Source of the DNA: Candidatus Ryanbacteria bacterium RIFCSPHIGHO2_02_FULL_45_17b
Lineage (GTDB): Bacteria > Patescibacteriota > Minisyncoccia > Ryanbacterales > 2-02-FULL-48-12
Length of the DNA stretch: 64,000 bases
Assembly: GCA_001819815.1 (NCBI GenBank)
Contig: MHNO01000009.1
Coordinates: forward strand, 460-64,459
Direction of reading: 5' to 3'
Of the stretch, positions 38,168 to 49,011 are shown piece after piece. The position numbers were made by a program, and so were the translations under genes. How positions within the stretch are numbered: the first letter of the stretch is position 1; every line of letters starts with the position of its first letter. Below the pieces are notes generated by a model. That model was not told where the DNA came from and searched no databases. It saw only the letters and a program-made list of their open reading frames with translations.

Positions 38168-39856
38168 TTATCTATCCGGTAATATCCCATAATAATGGAT
38201 TATAAACTCTGACAACTTATGGAATGGCTCTGATAGTGTTTGAGAAGCATAGCGCACCCCGACTGGTTTTTCAAGAAAAATCAATACCAAAAATTGAGGA
38301 TCAAAAGCGGGGGCATATCCAAAAAATGTGTGTAAATAAGAATCAGAATATCCGCCGTCGGCATCTGCCATCTGCGCGGTCCCCGTTTTTGCGGCAATAT
38401 AATACCCAGGCATAGCTACCAAACCGCCCGCGAGTGTCTTGTCAACAACTTTTGAAAGCATGCGCGAAACGATTTCCGTTGTCTCTTGCCGCAACACGCG
38501 TCTGCGCACCGAAGGAACTGTTTTTGTAACAAGTGTGTCTCCCTCCATAACGCGATCCACAATATACGGCCGCACCAACTCCCCTCCGTTCGCAATTGCC
38601 GAAAGCGCGGTCGCAAGCGCCATGGGAGTTACAGCAATACCTTGACCAAACGAAGCCGTCGCATATTCTACTTCTCTTCCTACCTCCAAATTTTGCATAT
38701 TTCCCGCTATTTCTTGCGGAAGGTCGATGCTTGTTGTATCTCCCAAACCAAACCGCTCCATATAATCCTTAAACTGCGGCATACCAAGCTGTTGCATAAC
38801 AAACACCGCTCCCGTGTTTAATGATTGATCTAAAATATCATACATGCTTTGCGTGCCGCGCCCTTTTCCATCATAGTTTTTTATTTCAGCATCCCGTACG
38901 CGCACAAAGCCCGCGTCATAATACGTGGTAGCTTCTGAGACAGCATATGCGTCAAGCCCTGCCGCCATTGTTAAGGGTTTTACAATAGAACCCATCTCAA
39001 AAACTTTTTGCGTAAAGGGATTCAAAAATACGTCGTAATCTTTTACCGTGTTATAGGCATTTGGATCAAAACTCGGCAAACTTTCCATGGCAAGAATAGC
39101 CCCTGTTTGCGGCTGAATGACAAGAATTCCGGCGGAAACCGCGTCCCACTTTTCCATAAGATCTGCCGTAATTTGATGAGAAATAGATTGTATATGCGGA
39201 TCTATGGTCAATACGATATCGGCACCCTCTTTTTTTTCTGTGAGTGATGTTTTTCCAAATGAAGACAGAAAGCCTCCTTTCGATCTTCTATCGGTAGAAT
39301 CTCCTGAAAAACCGGCGAGTATTTTTTCATATTGCTGTTCAATTCCATATCTTCCGACGCGTTCATTGTCCACATATCCCACAAAACCAAGCGCATGGCT
39401 TGCGATTAATCCCTCCGGATATATCCGACCTTCCTCTCCCGCAATCCATACGCCAGGAATTTGCAAACGCATAACTTCCTCCGCTTTCTCTTTGGGAATG
39501 TCCTTCAGAAACACCGCGTACGTGCTTGTAGCCGAAGCACGTGAAAAAAATTCTTCCTTGTCAAAATTCATGATGCGTGCCAATTCTTCATACGCTGCTG
39601 CGATATCAGTAATTTTTTGCGGATTACCCGCAAGCATATACGCGCGTTTTGTAACAGCGGCAGGCACCAATGCTCCCTGCCTATCCGAGAAAAAAATATC
39701 ACCTCTTGTGGGAAGCGATGAAAACGCGATTGCGTGCTGTTTTGCCGCCGTTTCTCCATATACATCCGCATAAGAAACCTGGAGAAAAAAGAGGCGTATA
39801 AGAACTACCCCCGCCATACCGACCAAAAGACCTCCCAAAACAGTAAATCGATTCAT
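38168..39856 (-). CDS. ftsI: class B penicillin-binding protein (FtsI-like)
   Basis: GSIVKP (SxxK), SLNTG (SxN), AKTGTAQ; position in the mraZ-rsmH-ftsL cluster. Confidence 0.88.
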   Translation of the reverse strand: MNRFTVLGGLLVGMAGVVLIRLFFLQVSYADVYGETAAKQHAIAFSSLPTRGDIFFSDRQGALVPAAVTKRAYMLAGNPQKITDIAAAYEELARIMNFDKEEFFSRASATSTYAVFLKDIPKEKAEEVMRLQIPGVWIAGEEGRIYPEGLIASHALGFVGYVDNERVGRYGIEQQYEKILAGFSGDSTDRRSKGGFLSSFGKTSLTEKKEGADIVLTIDPHIQSISHQITADLMEKWDAVSAGILVIQPQTGAILAMESLPSFDPNAYNTVKDYDVFLNPFTQKVFEMGSIVKPLTMAAGLDAYAVSEATTYYDAGFVRVRDAEIKNYDGKGRGTQSMYDILDQSLNTGAVFVMQQLGMPQFKDYMERFGLGDTTSIDLPQEIAGNMQNLEVGREVEYATASFGQGIAVTPMALATALSAIANGGELVRPYIVDRVMEGDTLVTKTVPSVRRRVLRQETTEIVSRMLSKVVDKTLAGGLVAMPGYYIAAKTGTAQMADADGGYSDSYLHTFFGYAPAFDPQFLVLIFLEKPVGVRYASQTLSEPFHKLSEFIIHYYGILPDR

Positions 39857-39865
39857 ACTAGTATG

Positions 39866-40159
39866 TTATTCTGCACGGGCAACAGATGTATCATGTGAAA
39901 GAACATGCACGTTCCCCCCTGCAACCAATTCATACCGTCGAGCCCGTGCCTCCAACCAAGAACCAACAGCTAAATGAGTACGCTCTGTCTCTAGTGCCCG
40001 CAATTCTTCCTCTACATCCGCGAGGTGTTTATTCTCAGCTGACTTGCCATAGGTATGAACAGCAATTTTGTTTATGCCGTAAATATAAAGAGCTCCAAAC
40101 GCGACAAAACAAAGCGTGAATAAGATCATTATCTGTGGAGCTTTTTTATACATATTCAT
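39866..40159 (-). CDS. FtsL-like cell division protein
   Basis: TM plus short coiled coil between rsmH and ftsI. Confidence 0.55.
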   Translation of the reverse strand: MNMYKKAPQIMILFTLCFVAFGALYIYGINKIAVHTYGKSAENKHLADVEEELRALETERTHLAVGSWLEARARRYELVAGGNVHVLSHDTSVARAE

Positions 40160-40166
40160 AATGTTT

Positions 40167-41033
40167 TTATGTGATACGTTCGGCTACACGCAATTTTGCA
40201 GACCGGGAACGAGGATTTTCTCTGCACTCCTGGGCAGAAGCGCGTATGGGTTTTTTTGTAATGCGGCGTAAGATGCCATTTCGTTCTTCTTCACGGAAGC
40301 ACTCTTTCACAATGCGATCCTCTCCCGAATGGAATGAAATAACCGCTATGCGCCCGCCTGTTGCCAATAAAGAAATTGCCTCCGCAATTCCTTTCGCAAC
40401 ATGTTCCAATTCATCATTCACGCGCATGCGTAATGCCTGAAATGTTCGTGTTGCGAAATGAATTCGACCCCGACGATACGAACCCGGTACCGCCTTTCGT
40501 ATAATTTCAACCAACTCCGCGGTAGTTTCTATGCGTCCGCGCTCGCGCTGTTCTACTATGCGCCGCACAATACGGCGCGCAAAGCGTTCTTCGCCTAATG
40601 TGAATACTATGTTGCGCAGTTTATCTTCAGGCCATGTATTAACCACATCCTTCGCTGATATACCTGAATCGGTGTCGTAGCGCATATCAAGCGGTTCATC
40701 GCGAAGAAATGAAAACCCTCTTCCGGATGATTCTACATGAAAAGAACTGAATCCAAGATCAAAGATTATCCCATTTACATTTGAAAATCCGCGCGTTTCA
40801 GCAATATGCCGAATATTCGCGAACGTATCACATGCAACCGTAAAATCTGAATCTTGTAATTTTTCAACAAGCTCATGATCACGATCTACTCCTAAAAGTT
40901 TTCCCTCTTTTCCAATGCGCTCCGCTATTGCTCTTGCGTGTCCGCCGCCATTTATGGTTGCGTCAATGAACACGCCGCCCGGCTGTGGATTAAGATGGTC
41001 TAAGATTTCATTTAGTAGTACAGGTATGTGCAT
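40167..41033 (-). CDS. rsmH: 16S rRNA m4C1402 methyltransferase
   Basis: HIPVLL, GGGHA, DLGFSS, PLDMR, TRTFQALR, FHSGEDRIVK, NPRSRSAKLR. Confidence 0.96.
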   Translation of the reverse strand: MHIPVLLNEILDHLNPQPGGVFIDATINGGGHARAIAERIGKEGKLLGVDRDHELVEKLQDSDFTVACDTFANIRHIAETRGFSNVNGIIFDLGFSSFHVESSGRGFSFLRDEPLDMRYDTDSGISAKDVVNTWPEDKLRNIVFTLGEERFARRIVRRIVEQRERGRIETTAELVEIIRKAVPGSYRRGRIHFATRTFQALRMRVNDELEHVAKGIAEAISLLATGGRIAVISFHSGEDRIVKECFREEERNGILRRITKKPIRASAQECRENPRSRSAKLRVAERIT

Positions 41034-41111
41034 GGGTTTTTCCTGCTTTGAATTACGCAACAGACATCCGATGACATCATATTTCATTATTCAAGGTTTC
41101 TTAGCGCCCCC

Positions 41112-41546
41112 TCAAAATGCGCCAATCTCCCCTAATTTTTCCGCAAGCATATCCGCATCTTTTTCCACCTTTTTTTTGTAGTTGTTCCACAATTGCTCAT
41201 CCCAAATCTCAAGCCGGTTATATACGCCGGTAATAACAACCTGCTGACGTAACCGCGCGTACGCTCTCAAGTGTTCGGGAATAAGCATGCGCCCTAAGGC
41301 ATCAAGCGCGATTTCTTCCGCGCCCGCGAGCATCAAACGCACGAACCCGCGCGTAGTTGCTTGCCCTGCGGGAAGAGCGCTCAATTTTTCAGCAATGCGT
41401 TCCCACTCTTCGCGCGGATACAGAAACAAAGACAAATCCAATCCGCGCGTAAGCACCACGCTCCCGCCCAACTCGCGCCGAAACTTCGACGGCACTGAAA
41501 GCCGTTTTTTTGTATCAAGGTTGTGTTTGTATTCGCCAAGAAACAT
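41112..41546 (-). CDS. mraZ: division/cell-wall cluster regulator MraZ
   Basis: MFLGEY.H.LD.K.R, TRGLD, D..GR.LIP, LEIWD. Confidence 0.96.
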   Translation of the reverse strand: MFLGEYKHNLDTKKRLSVPSKFRRELGGSVVLTRGLDLSLFLYPREEWERIAEKLSALPAGQATTRGFVRLMLAGAEEIALDALGRMLIPEHLRAYARLRQQVVITGVYNRLEIWDEQLWNNYKKKVEKDADMLAEKLGEIGAF

Positions 41547-41563
41547 ACCAAAAATTTAAACTA

Positions 41564-41601
41564 TCCCACTTACTCCCACTTTCATACACAAATATACCAC
41601 T
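41564..41601 (-). promoter_or_regulatory. MraZ-binding direct repeats
   Basis: AGTGGGA repeated with 10-nt period (41564-41580) plus degenerate copies upstream of mraZ. Confidence 0.7.
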
Positions 41602-41869
41602 TACGCCTACACTATACCAATGAAATACCACTCTGTCACACAAAATAAAAAACGCCTTATTTTAAGCCGTTTTTTATGAACCCGTAATATATCTGGCAAC
41701 GTTCCACACATGTTTTCCACAGGTTTATATTCGCTCTATCCTGTTTCTCCTGCTGGTAATTCTTCCATCAACGTCTCGTACACAACATCTCGATCAAGAT
41801 ATTTATTCTTTTCAACGATCCGTCGCATTATTTTCTCAATCGGCCAATCCTCGAGTGATTCTGAGATAT

Positions 41870-43780
41870 TTATTGTTGCCGTTTTATGTCAGCAACCTTT
41901 GCAATCAAATCTTCATAATCTACTCCATCAGCTTCTTTGTTTAGCTCTTGGTATATAGTCTCCATTTCCTGTTGTTGGTCTTTGGAAAGCCTTGGTACAT
42001 CAAGATTAAAAATACCCAATTCTTTATCATTCTTAATCTCTTCCCACAGACGTATCACTAATTTTCCTTTCACATATCGGCCAAAGCCCGTGAGAAGAAA
42101 AGTATCTATTTTAGAAGTCTGCGCTTCAAAAGAAAACATTCCCCGGATAAGTTTGTGCGCTTCTTCTGGAGCTACCGTCTTGAGCTTTTTAAGTACCTCT
42201 TTTCTAACCAAAAAATTATATGGATAGTTTGCATCTAATAACTCATCAAAATATAGATATTCATAAACTCTGTACATTTCCTTGAGATCAGTAATGCTAA
42301 TTTCAATACTGTACTCTTTTTGTAGCTTTTCCTTTGCACGAATAAGTCCTTCCTCATCTTCTTGATCCAAAAAATCATTGATACCTTCTAATGTGTTTTT
42401 AATAACATCTTTAGAAAACCCTTTTTCAACCATTGATGCAAACAATGAGGCGGTATTGTAGATCCCGTCATGAGTGATGGGATCTGACTGAGGTATATAT
42501 CTATCTGCCGTTTTTTCACTAGCCAAAAAATGTGTTACTCCCGAAGGAAATGTATGTGTCGCCAAATCCGCCACCGTAGTTCCTAAAAACCTCTTGGGTT
42601 TACCAGGCGCGTGGTCATGAACCGCATATTGAAAATACATCAACTTCTCTATGTCCCCCATAATATTTAACACCTCTGCATAATCAAACGGCGCGACTTT
42701 CGCAATTTCACCGGATACGTTGCGGCCTAGCTTTTTGGAGTGACTATTTTGTAAAAATTCCTCCGCCTCAAGAGATGACTCAAAAGCGGCAAAATAAGGA
42801 CGCGTTAAAAATCCTAACGAGCTCTTTATTTCCTGAAGTATTTTTTTATTCATTTCTTCCTGCGTTGAATCATCTCTGTCGAAATCCTTACTCAACCGTT
42901 CCTTGAGCGTTCGCAAACCTTCCATATAATAAGCAAGCGTATTGTGTAGCCAAACCATTGTTTCGGGATTACTACGCAAATATCCAGATACTGCATCATC
43001 TGCTAATATATCCATGGTCGCCTCATTGTTGGCGATGAGCAAGTCAGTCCAATACATACTTTTTTCAGAATCTTCTAGTGGATTTGGCATAATAAGCAAC
43101 GACTCATCCATCCAATCTGCTTTGGATATCTCAAAACCATCACCCATGCTTGTATGTTCCCGCAAATATGCCGTTACATGTTCTGTATCAACAAGATCTT
43201 CCAGTACTATATGATCTTTCAAGCGATTAAAACGGTCGCCTGGCGCTAAGCCTTGATTGATATGAATGGGCTCATGGAACCTATACATAAGACGATTCAA
43301 TACTACCAGCGTTTTTTCAAATGCTGTGGGATCTTTATGATTCTCACTGGCACCGACAATAGACTCCAGAACTTTTTCCCCATCTATGGTTTTGGTGCTT
43401 AATGTAAAACCTTCTTTTTTGCCAAAATGCGGCTTAAAGGGTCCATTCTTTAACAAATCCGGCATTGCCGAAACTTGTTGGCTAAATATAACATGGGAAC
43501 CAAAATACATTTCTTGGGGCGCAAACCCAAAAGCTCCCTCCTTATTCAGCTCAACAACTGACTTACGTCCTGCAAATTCCCAAACCGCCTGAACATACCG
43601 CTCCACTTCTTCATCAGGAATCTCTGCCTCTAAGAGCATACGCCTCGTAATCGAAAGCGGACTATTTAGTGATTCCTTTGCTATATCTCGCTCTACTTGT
43701 TCTGGTAATCCCACAAGAACAGAATCTGGAAACTCCTCAACTTCAACATCAAAGTGAAATTTTTTTCCTTCTGGAGACAT
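41870..43780 (-). CDS. large acidic hypothetical protein, possible gluzincin metallopeptidase
   Basis: 636-aa ORF with HEPIH (HExxH) and downstream NEA; possible frameshifted tail to 41736. Confidence 0.65.
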   Translation of the reverse strand: MSPEGKKFHFDVEVEEFPDSVLVGLPEQVERDIAKESLNSPLSITRRMLLEAEIPDEEVERYVQAVWEFAGRKSVVELNKEGAFGFAPQEMYFGSHVIFSQQVSAMPDLLKNGPFKPHFGKKEGFTLSTKTIDGEKVLESIVGASENHKDPTAFEKTLVVLNRLMYRFHEPIHINQGLAPGDRFNRLKDHIVLEDLVDTEHVTAYLREHTSMGDGFEISKADWMDESLLIMPNPLEDSEKSMYWTDLLIANNEATMDILADDAVSGYLRSNPETMVWLHNTLAYYMEGLRTLKERLSKDFDRDDSTQEEMNKKILQEIKSSLGFLTRPYFAAFESSLEAEEFLQNSHSKKLGRNVSGEIAKVAPFDYAEVLNIMGDIEKLMYFQYAVHDHAPGKPKRFLGTTVADLATHTFPSGVTHFLASEKTADRYIPQSDPITHDGIYNTASLFASMVEKGFSKDVIKNTLEGINDFLDQEDEEGLIRAKEKLQKEYSIEISITDLKEMYRVYEYLYFDELLDANYPYNFLVRKEVLKKLKTVAPEEAHKLIRGMFSFEAQTSKIDTFLLTGFGRYVKGKLVIRLWEEIKNDKELGIFNLDVPRLSKDQQQEMETIYQELNKEADGVDYEDLIAKVADIKRQQ

Positions 43781-43797
43781 AGATTTAATTTAATATA

Positions 43798-45249
43798 TTA
43801 CTTCGGCCGCATTAAGGGGAAAAACACCGTTTCCCTGATTGGGCGATCCAGTAAGAACGCAAACAACCGCTCTGAGTACGCGAAACCGGCTGTCGGCGGC
43901 ATGCCGTATTCCAATGCTTCCACAAAATCTTCGTCCATTCTCTGCGCTTCTGTATCTCCCGCCTTGCCAAGTTGAGCTTGCTCCCTAAAACGTTCTCGCT
44001 GATCAAAAGGATCATTTAACTCCGAAAATCCTTTGCCAAGTTCCGATCCTCCCGCCACAATCTGAAAACGCTCAACCCTGCCCGTATCTTCAGACCATCG
44101 CTTGGCAAGCGGTTCGATATCAACCGGCGGCAAAACTAAAAACCCGGGTTCCCAAAGGTTGGGTCTGACCTTCTTTTTAAATATAATATCTATCAACCTG
44201 CCGCGTCCCGCATGTTTTTGCGTATCAATGCTGTTATTGCGAGCGTACGTTTTTAATTCTTCTTCGGATACGCCAGCCAAATGTAATCCGGTGTATTCGT
44301 GAAAGACATCATAGTAATCTATCTGCTTCCACGGCAAAGACCAGTCTATCATTCTATCTTGATACGCATGAGTTAAACCCCCAAGTGTTTTTTCTATAAC
44401 ACATGTAACAAGACGCTCAACTATCTGCATGAGCTGTTTATAATCGGTATAAGACCAGTACATCTCCATTTGCGTATAATCTTGCAAATGTTCGCGATCT
44501 ATACCTTCGTTCCTGAAAATTCTTCCGATTTCAAATATCTTATCATAGCCGCCGACAATAAGACGTTTTAAATTAAGTTCCGGAGCAATCCGAAGATACA
44601 GATCAATATCTAAAGCATTTAAGTGTGTCTTGAATGGTTCAGCATCAGCGCCGCCAGGAATTCTTTCTAACACCGGAGTCTCCACTTCTAGCCCGCCTTC
44701 CCGTATTAAAAACGTGCGTGTTTCCTGCCAAAAAAGAGATTTTTTTACAAACAAATCTCTGGCGTTCTGATCCATTATGAGATCAAGATAGCGGCGGCGA
44801 AGCCGTTCCTCAACATCTTCCAATCCGTGCCATTTTTCCGGCAGAGGCAACAGAGATTTTGCAAGCATGCGCCATTCTGCAGCCTTCAATGTCTCTTCTT
44901 CTTTTTTGGTTGCAAACAGCGTGCCGGATACTTCTATAATGTCCCCTACGTCTACGACAGAATTAAAAAAATCGTAGGAATCTTTTCCTAATATGTCTTC
45001 TTTGAGATAACCTTGCAATGTACCTGTGCCATCTTCTATATCTAAAAACGTGGAACCGCCATGGCTTCGCATGGCACGCACGCGCCCTACAATGGAAATA
45101 GGCTGTCCGGAATGTTCTAAAGACAAAAAATCAGCGTGCGCGTTATGGATGGTATGCGTGCGTTTTGGATCCGATGGATACGGATCCATGCCATTTTCCC
45201 GCAGAAGTTCAATTTTATGAAGCCGTATTCGGCGAATTTCTTCCAACAT
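43798..45249 (-). CDS. lysS: lysine--tRNA ligase (class II)
   Basis: PLPEKWHGL, RRRYLDL, LYLRIAPEL, FRNEGID, ALEYGMPP. Confidence 0.97.
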   Translation of the reverse strand: MLEEIRRIRLHKIELLRENGMDPYPSDPKRTHTIHNAHADFLSLEHSGQPISIVGRVRAMRSHGGSTFLDIEDGTGTLQGYLKEDILGKDSYDFFNSVVDVGDIIEVSGTLFATKKEEETLKAAEWRMLAKSLLPLPEKWHGLEDVEERLRRRYLDLIMDQNARDLFVKKSLFWQETRTFLIREGGLEVETPVLERIPGGADAEPFKTHLNALDIDLYLRIAPELNLKRLIVGGYDKIFEIGRIFRNEGIDREHLQDYTQMEMYWSYTDYKQLMQIVERLVTCVIEKTLGGLTHAYQDRMIDWSLPWKQIDYYDVFHEYTGLHLAGVSEEELKTYARNNSIDTQKHAGRGRLIDIIFKKKVRPNLWEPGFLVLPPVDIEPLAKRWSEDTGRVERFQIVAGGSELGKGFSELNDPFDQRERFREQAQLGKAGDTEAQRMDEDFVEALEYGMPPTAGFAYSERLFAFLLDRPIRETVFFPLMRPK

Positions 45250-45284
45250 TGAATTCTAGCGCCTAGAGCCTGTCTCTCTAGATC

Positions 45285-45809
45285 CTAGCTAATTGCCACT
45301 ATAACATATTCCGAGGCTCCGCGTGGAGTTGTAACAGTTATCACTTCTCCTTTTTTGCAACCAAAAAACGCCCGTCCCAACGGAGACTCATGAGAAATAT
45401 GACCCGTAAGAGGATCTGCTTCCTCGGAAGACCCAACCATTATGTATGTTTCTTCTTTATTCGATTCCTTCATGCGCGCCACAATAGTTGAACCGATTCC
45501 AATTGATGTGGTGGAAACGCGTTTATCAACAACAGTAGCACGACGCAATAATTGCTCCAGTTCTCCAATGCGCATTTCGTTCAGCATCTGCTCTTCCTTT
45601 GCGGCATCAAATTCCGCGTTTTCAGAAAGATCTCCCAAACTCTTCGCGTATTCCAAACGCTCTGCAATTTGAATGCGCTCCTGCGTCTTGAGAGTCTCAA
45701 GTTCTATTTTGAGCTTCTCGTATCCCTCACGACTCATGTATTCAACACTTTGCCCGCCTGCATCGTTGAGAGGAGTTGTGGAATCGTTATTTTTATTTCG
45801 ATCGTCCAT
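45285..45809 (-). CDS. greA: transcription elongation factor GreA
   Basis: GDLSENAEFDAAKEEQ, ISHESPLG. Confidence 0.95.
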   Translation of the reverse strand: MDDRNKNNDSTTPLNDAGGQSVEYMSREGYEKLKIELETLKTQERIQIAERLEYAKSLGDLSENAEFDAAKEEQMLNEMRIGELEQLLRRATVVDKRVSTTSIGIGSTIVARMKESNKEETYIMVGSSEEADPLTGHISHESPLGRAFFGCKKGEVITVTTPRGASEYVIVAIS

Positions 45810-45832
45810 ATATGAGTCCCTATCCTATCTAT

Positions 45833-47749
45833 TTAACAGTTGTTTGTCAACAAACCCTGTGGAAAACACCACTGTAAGATTTCATGTGCCACGGCTGTAG
45901 CGCCAACAAGATTTCCCGCAGGCCCATTCTCCATGTTTACTACAAGTACAAGCTTGGGGTCTTCTATGGGTAAAAATCCGATAAACCATGAATGAGTACG
46001 CCCTGACTTGTCAACTTCAGCTGTACCTGTCTTTGCCGCAACGGGCAGTCTTATACTGGCAACACCCATCGCCGTGCCCTCCGTTACCGCCAAGCGCATT
46101 CCTTTCTGCACAATATCCAGACTTGAGCCGCTTATAGAAATGGGAAGCGGTGTCTGAGTACTAAGGATGTCGCTGAGTTCTTTCTTTCCATCACGGGCAA
46201 TCGTCTGTACAAGACGCGGCTGTAAAAGTTCTCCCTTGCGAGCAAGCGCCAATGTAGCTCGTGCCATCTGAAGCGGAGTCACGAGAAACCAACCCTGCCC
46301 AATACTCATATTATAAGAATCCCCCACGCGCCACAATGGATCATCGGGATACGTCCGCTCTTTCCATGCTTTGTCCGGCACCAATCCATCCTCTTCGCTT
46401 AAAAGATCAATACCTGTAGGCTGACCAAAACCAAACCGCAAGAAATAATCATGCATCCGCTCAACCCCCAACCCCTTAATAGCGCCATGACCACCGCCCA
46501 CTGTATAAAAATATGCATCAGAAGAGACAGCGATAGCTCGTAGCATATTAATGGGGCCGTGATTTTTCCAGTCTTTAAAAATAGCCGGATGGTCAGGATC
46601 AAATGGATTTGGAACTACGATGCGCCCTTCCGTGTATATGACCCTTTCTGGATCTATGACATGCTCGTCAAGAACGGCAGCGGCAAGAAATGGTTTTACG
46701 GTGGAGGCAGGCGGATAGAGCCCCATAACGGCGCGAAAAAATAACGGATGGTTTTTGTCTGATAATATACGGGAAACTTCTTCTCGCGGGACACCCGTAC
46801 TCATGACGTTGGCATCAAACCCCGGATAACTTACTAATGCAAGGACATCTCCCGTTTTTACATCAAGCGCTACTGCGGAGCCACCAGCAAATCCTCGTTC
46901 CTCCGCTATTTTTTGAATTGCCTCATAGGTAATTTTCTGTAAATCAGCGGAAATACTTAGTGTGAGATTTCCTCCCCGATCTTCGCGCCTATATACCCCT
47001 TCGGACAATACCGCGCCATGAGAATTTGTCTCTACAATCTTTACACCCGGGTTTCCGCGCAAAACTCCGTCATATGCTCCTTCAATTCCTGTTTTTCCGG
47101 CTTCCATCCATCCAATCATAGAAAGATCCTTCGCTATGTCTTCTTCGGTAACGGCGCCAACATAACCGACCACATGTCCAAATGCAGGATGCGGCATGTA
47201 GGCGCGAAGCGGCATGGGTACCACCTGAATAGAGTCTTCATCTTTGAAACGCGTCATGATATCGTTTGCGATGCTCCACTCACGTATATAATCAACCACG
47301 ATCTCTCCTTGCCCCCAATGATACTCTATAATCCCCACAACCTCCGCGCTGTCACGATTTAACAGGCGAGCCAATTCCTCCAGACGAGGCAAAAGTACAT
47401 TTTTTTGAGCTTCGCGCGTATCCACCACTACGCGAAAACCCGGCACATTGTATGCAAGGGGAACACCCACGCGATCAAAAATAACACCACGCTCGGGAAG
47501 GATGGTCTGATGCACAAGCCGATTATCCTCCGCCCGCATGGCGTACGCTCCTCCTTGGGCAAGCATAAGATATCCAGCGCGAACGGCAAGAAGACCGCCT
47601 ATAACAAAAAAAATACCGCCGACTGTCCAAAATACCCGCGTGCTTATAGGACGTTCAAAAACTCCTTCAAACCGCGTGGTATCAAACCCGGGCAAATTTT
47701 CTGTATCAACTAAGGTTTCCTCCACGGTAAGTTTTCTTTGGTAATTCAT
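45833..47749 (-). CDS. mrdA: penicillin-binding protein 2
   Basis: PASTVKP, SSDAYFY, SIGQG, AKTGTAE; follows mreBCD. Confidence 0.9.
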   Translation of the reverse strand: MNYQRKLTVEETLVDTENLPGFDTTRFEGVFERPISTRVFWTVGGIFFVIGGLLAVRAGYLMLAQGGAYAMRAEDNRLVHQTILPERGVIFDRVGVPLAYNVPGFRVVVDTREAQKNVLLPRLEELARLLNRDSAEVVGIIEYHWGQGEIVVDYIREWSIANDIMTRFKDEDSIQVVPMPLRAYMPHPAFGHVVGYVGAVTEEDIAKDLSMIGWMEAGKTGIEGAYDGVLRGNPGVKIVETNSHGAVLSEGVYRREDRGGNLTLSISADLQKITYEAIQKIAEERGFAGGSAVALDVKTGDVLALVSYPGFDANVMSTGVPREEVSRILSDKNHPLFFRAVMGLYPPASTVKPFLAAAVLDEHVIDPERVIYTEGRIVVPNPFDPDHPAIFKDWKNHGPINMLRAIAVSSDAYFYTVGGGHGAIKGLGVERMHDYFLRFGFGQPTGIDLLSEEDGLVPDKAWKERTYPDDPLWRVGDSYNMSIGQGWFLVTPLQMARATLALARKGELLQPRLVQTIARDGKKELSDILSTQTPLPISISGSSLDIVQKGMRLAVTEGTAMGVASIRLPVAAKTGTAEVDKSGRTHSWFIGFLPIEDPKLVLVVNMENGPAGNLVGATAVAHEILQWCFPQGLLTNNC

Positions 47750-47756
47750 ACTTGAT

Positions 47757-48233
47757 TTATGCGCGTCTATATAATTTTAGTAAAACCACGTGACTACCCA
47801 TTGCCACCAATAGAGTTAAAAAACCCAAGAGACTATCATATCCGTACAGCATGATCACTTGAGATTCTTTTTCCAAAAAGAGATACAGTGCTCCAAGAAC
47901 TATGGTGTATATTCCCCACACGAGAGAAGCCACGAACCCACGCGCGGCTATACTCCGTTCATCCATCAATTTCATGTATAAACTTACACCTGCCATACTC
48001 CCTCCAAGACCGAGCGCATGCACACCAAAAGGCGCAAGAGAAACACTATCCCAGATACTGCCCATAAGAACTCCCAACACAAATGCAAACGGCGGCGTCA
48101 TGTAAGTAGCAAGATACAATGAGGCGGCCGGAAAAAACAAAAAATTTGGACTTCCGGAAGCAACAATAATCTGAAACAAAAAGAGTGCGCCTACTCCCCC
48201 GCCCGCCGCCATATTTTTTAATACCTTATTCAT
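47757..48233 (-). CDS. MreD-like membrane protein
   Basis: Multi-TM, G…D…..PFG motif, between mreC and PBP2. Confidence 0.6.
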   Translation of the reverse strand: MNKVLKNMAAGGGVGALFLFQIIVASGSPNFLFFPAASLYLATYMTPPFAFVLGVLMGSIWDSVSLAPFGVHALGLGGSMAGVSLYMKLMDERSIAARGFVASLVWGIYTIVLGALYLFLEKESQVIMLYGYDSLLGFLTLLVAMGSHVVLLKLYRRA

Positions 48234-49011
48234 AAGACACACTTATAACAATGTAAACGCGACGCACATCCGTAAGAGTAATGGGATGGCTGAGGCGCGC
48301 TATTTGGAAAGGTCCCGCATCGGACTTTTCTATTTGTTCTATATACCCAAGCATATAGTCTGGCGGACCAACCGAAAACAATGGCTCTCCTTTGCGCACC
48401 GGGATACTGGCTGGCACCTGTATTTCAAGCACACCAGCGCCCTGCCCTGTCGCTACTGACAAAACACCAGACTCGGGTAATGAGACACTTATTTTTTCAC
48501 CCACATGAGAGAGAAGACGCACAACCGAAGTGTGCGACGCAACGTCCGCAATCGTTCCTATTTGTATAGTACCCTCAGCAACCAGCACAGGCATATCCTT
48601 CTTCACTCCTTCGCGCTCTCCCGCATCCACCACCAAAAAGTCATCTACACGCGAAGAGGAATGTCCAACCACGCGCGCGTATACCAATTTCGTTCTATCC
48701 TCCGTTCTTCCCAACACAGCGCGTAATTCCTCATTCTCTCTTTTTATATTCTCACCAAAAACACGTTCTGTCTCAAGTATTTGATTCTTGAGACGAAGCT
48801 GACGGATTTCTTCCGCTCGCCGCGAACTATGTAAAAATACATCCAGCACATCGCCAACCACATAGCCCATCTTTGTAAATGAATACATCACAGGACGAAA
48901 ACCATCCAGCAACAGCGCATGTATGCTGTTTCCAAAATACAGGACAAGCCCTATCGCAAACATAAGCAGGATGGATAGCGTTTTTCGCCTATACCACCAC
49001 ATCGTTTTCAT
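48226..49011 (-). CDS. mreC: rod shape-determining protein MreC
   Basis: TM, coiled coil ENEELR, VDAG..EGVKKDMPV; downstream of mreB. Confidence 0.85.
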   Translation of the reverse strand: MKTMWWYRRKTLSILLMFAIGLVLYFGNSIHALLLDGFRPVMYSFTKMGYVVGDVLDVFLHSSRRAEEIRQLRLKNQILETERVFGENIKRENEELRAVLGRTEDRTKLVYARVVGHSSSRVDDFLVVDAGEREGVKKDMPVLVAEGTIQIGTIADVASHTSVVRLLSHVGEKISVSLPESGVLSVATGQGAGVLEIQVPASIPVRKGEPLFSVGPPDYMLGYIEQIEKSDAGPFQIARLSHPITLTDVRRVYIVISVSYE

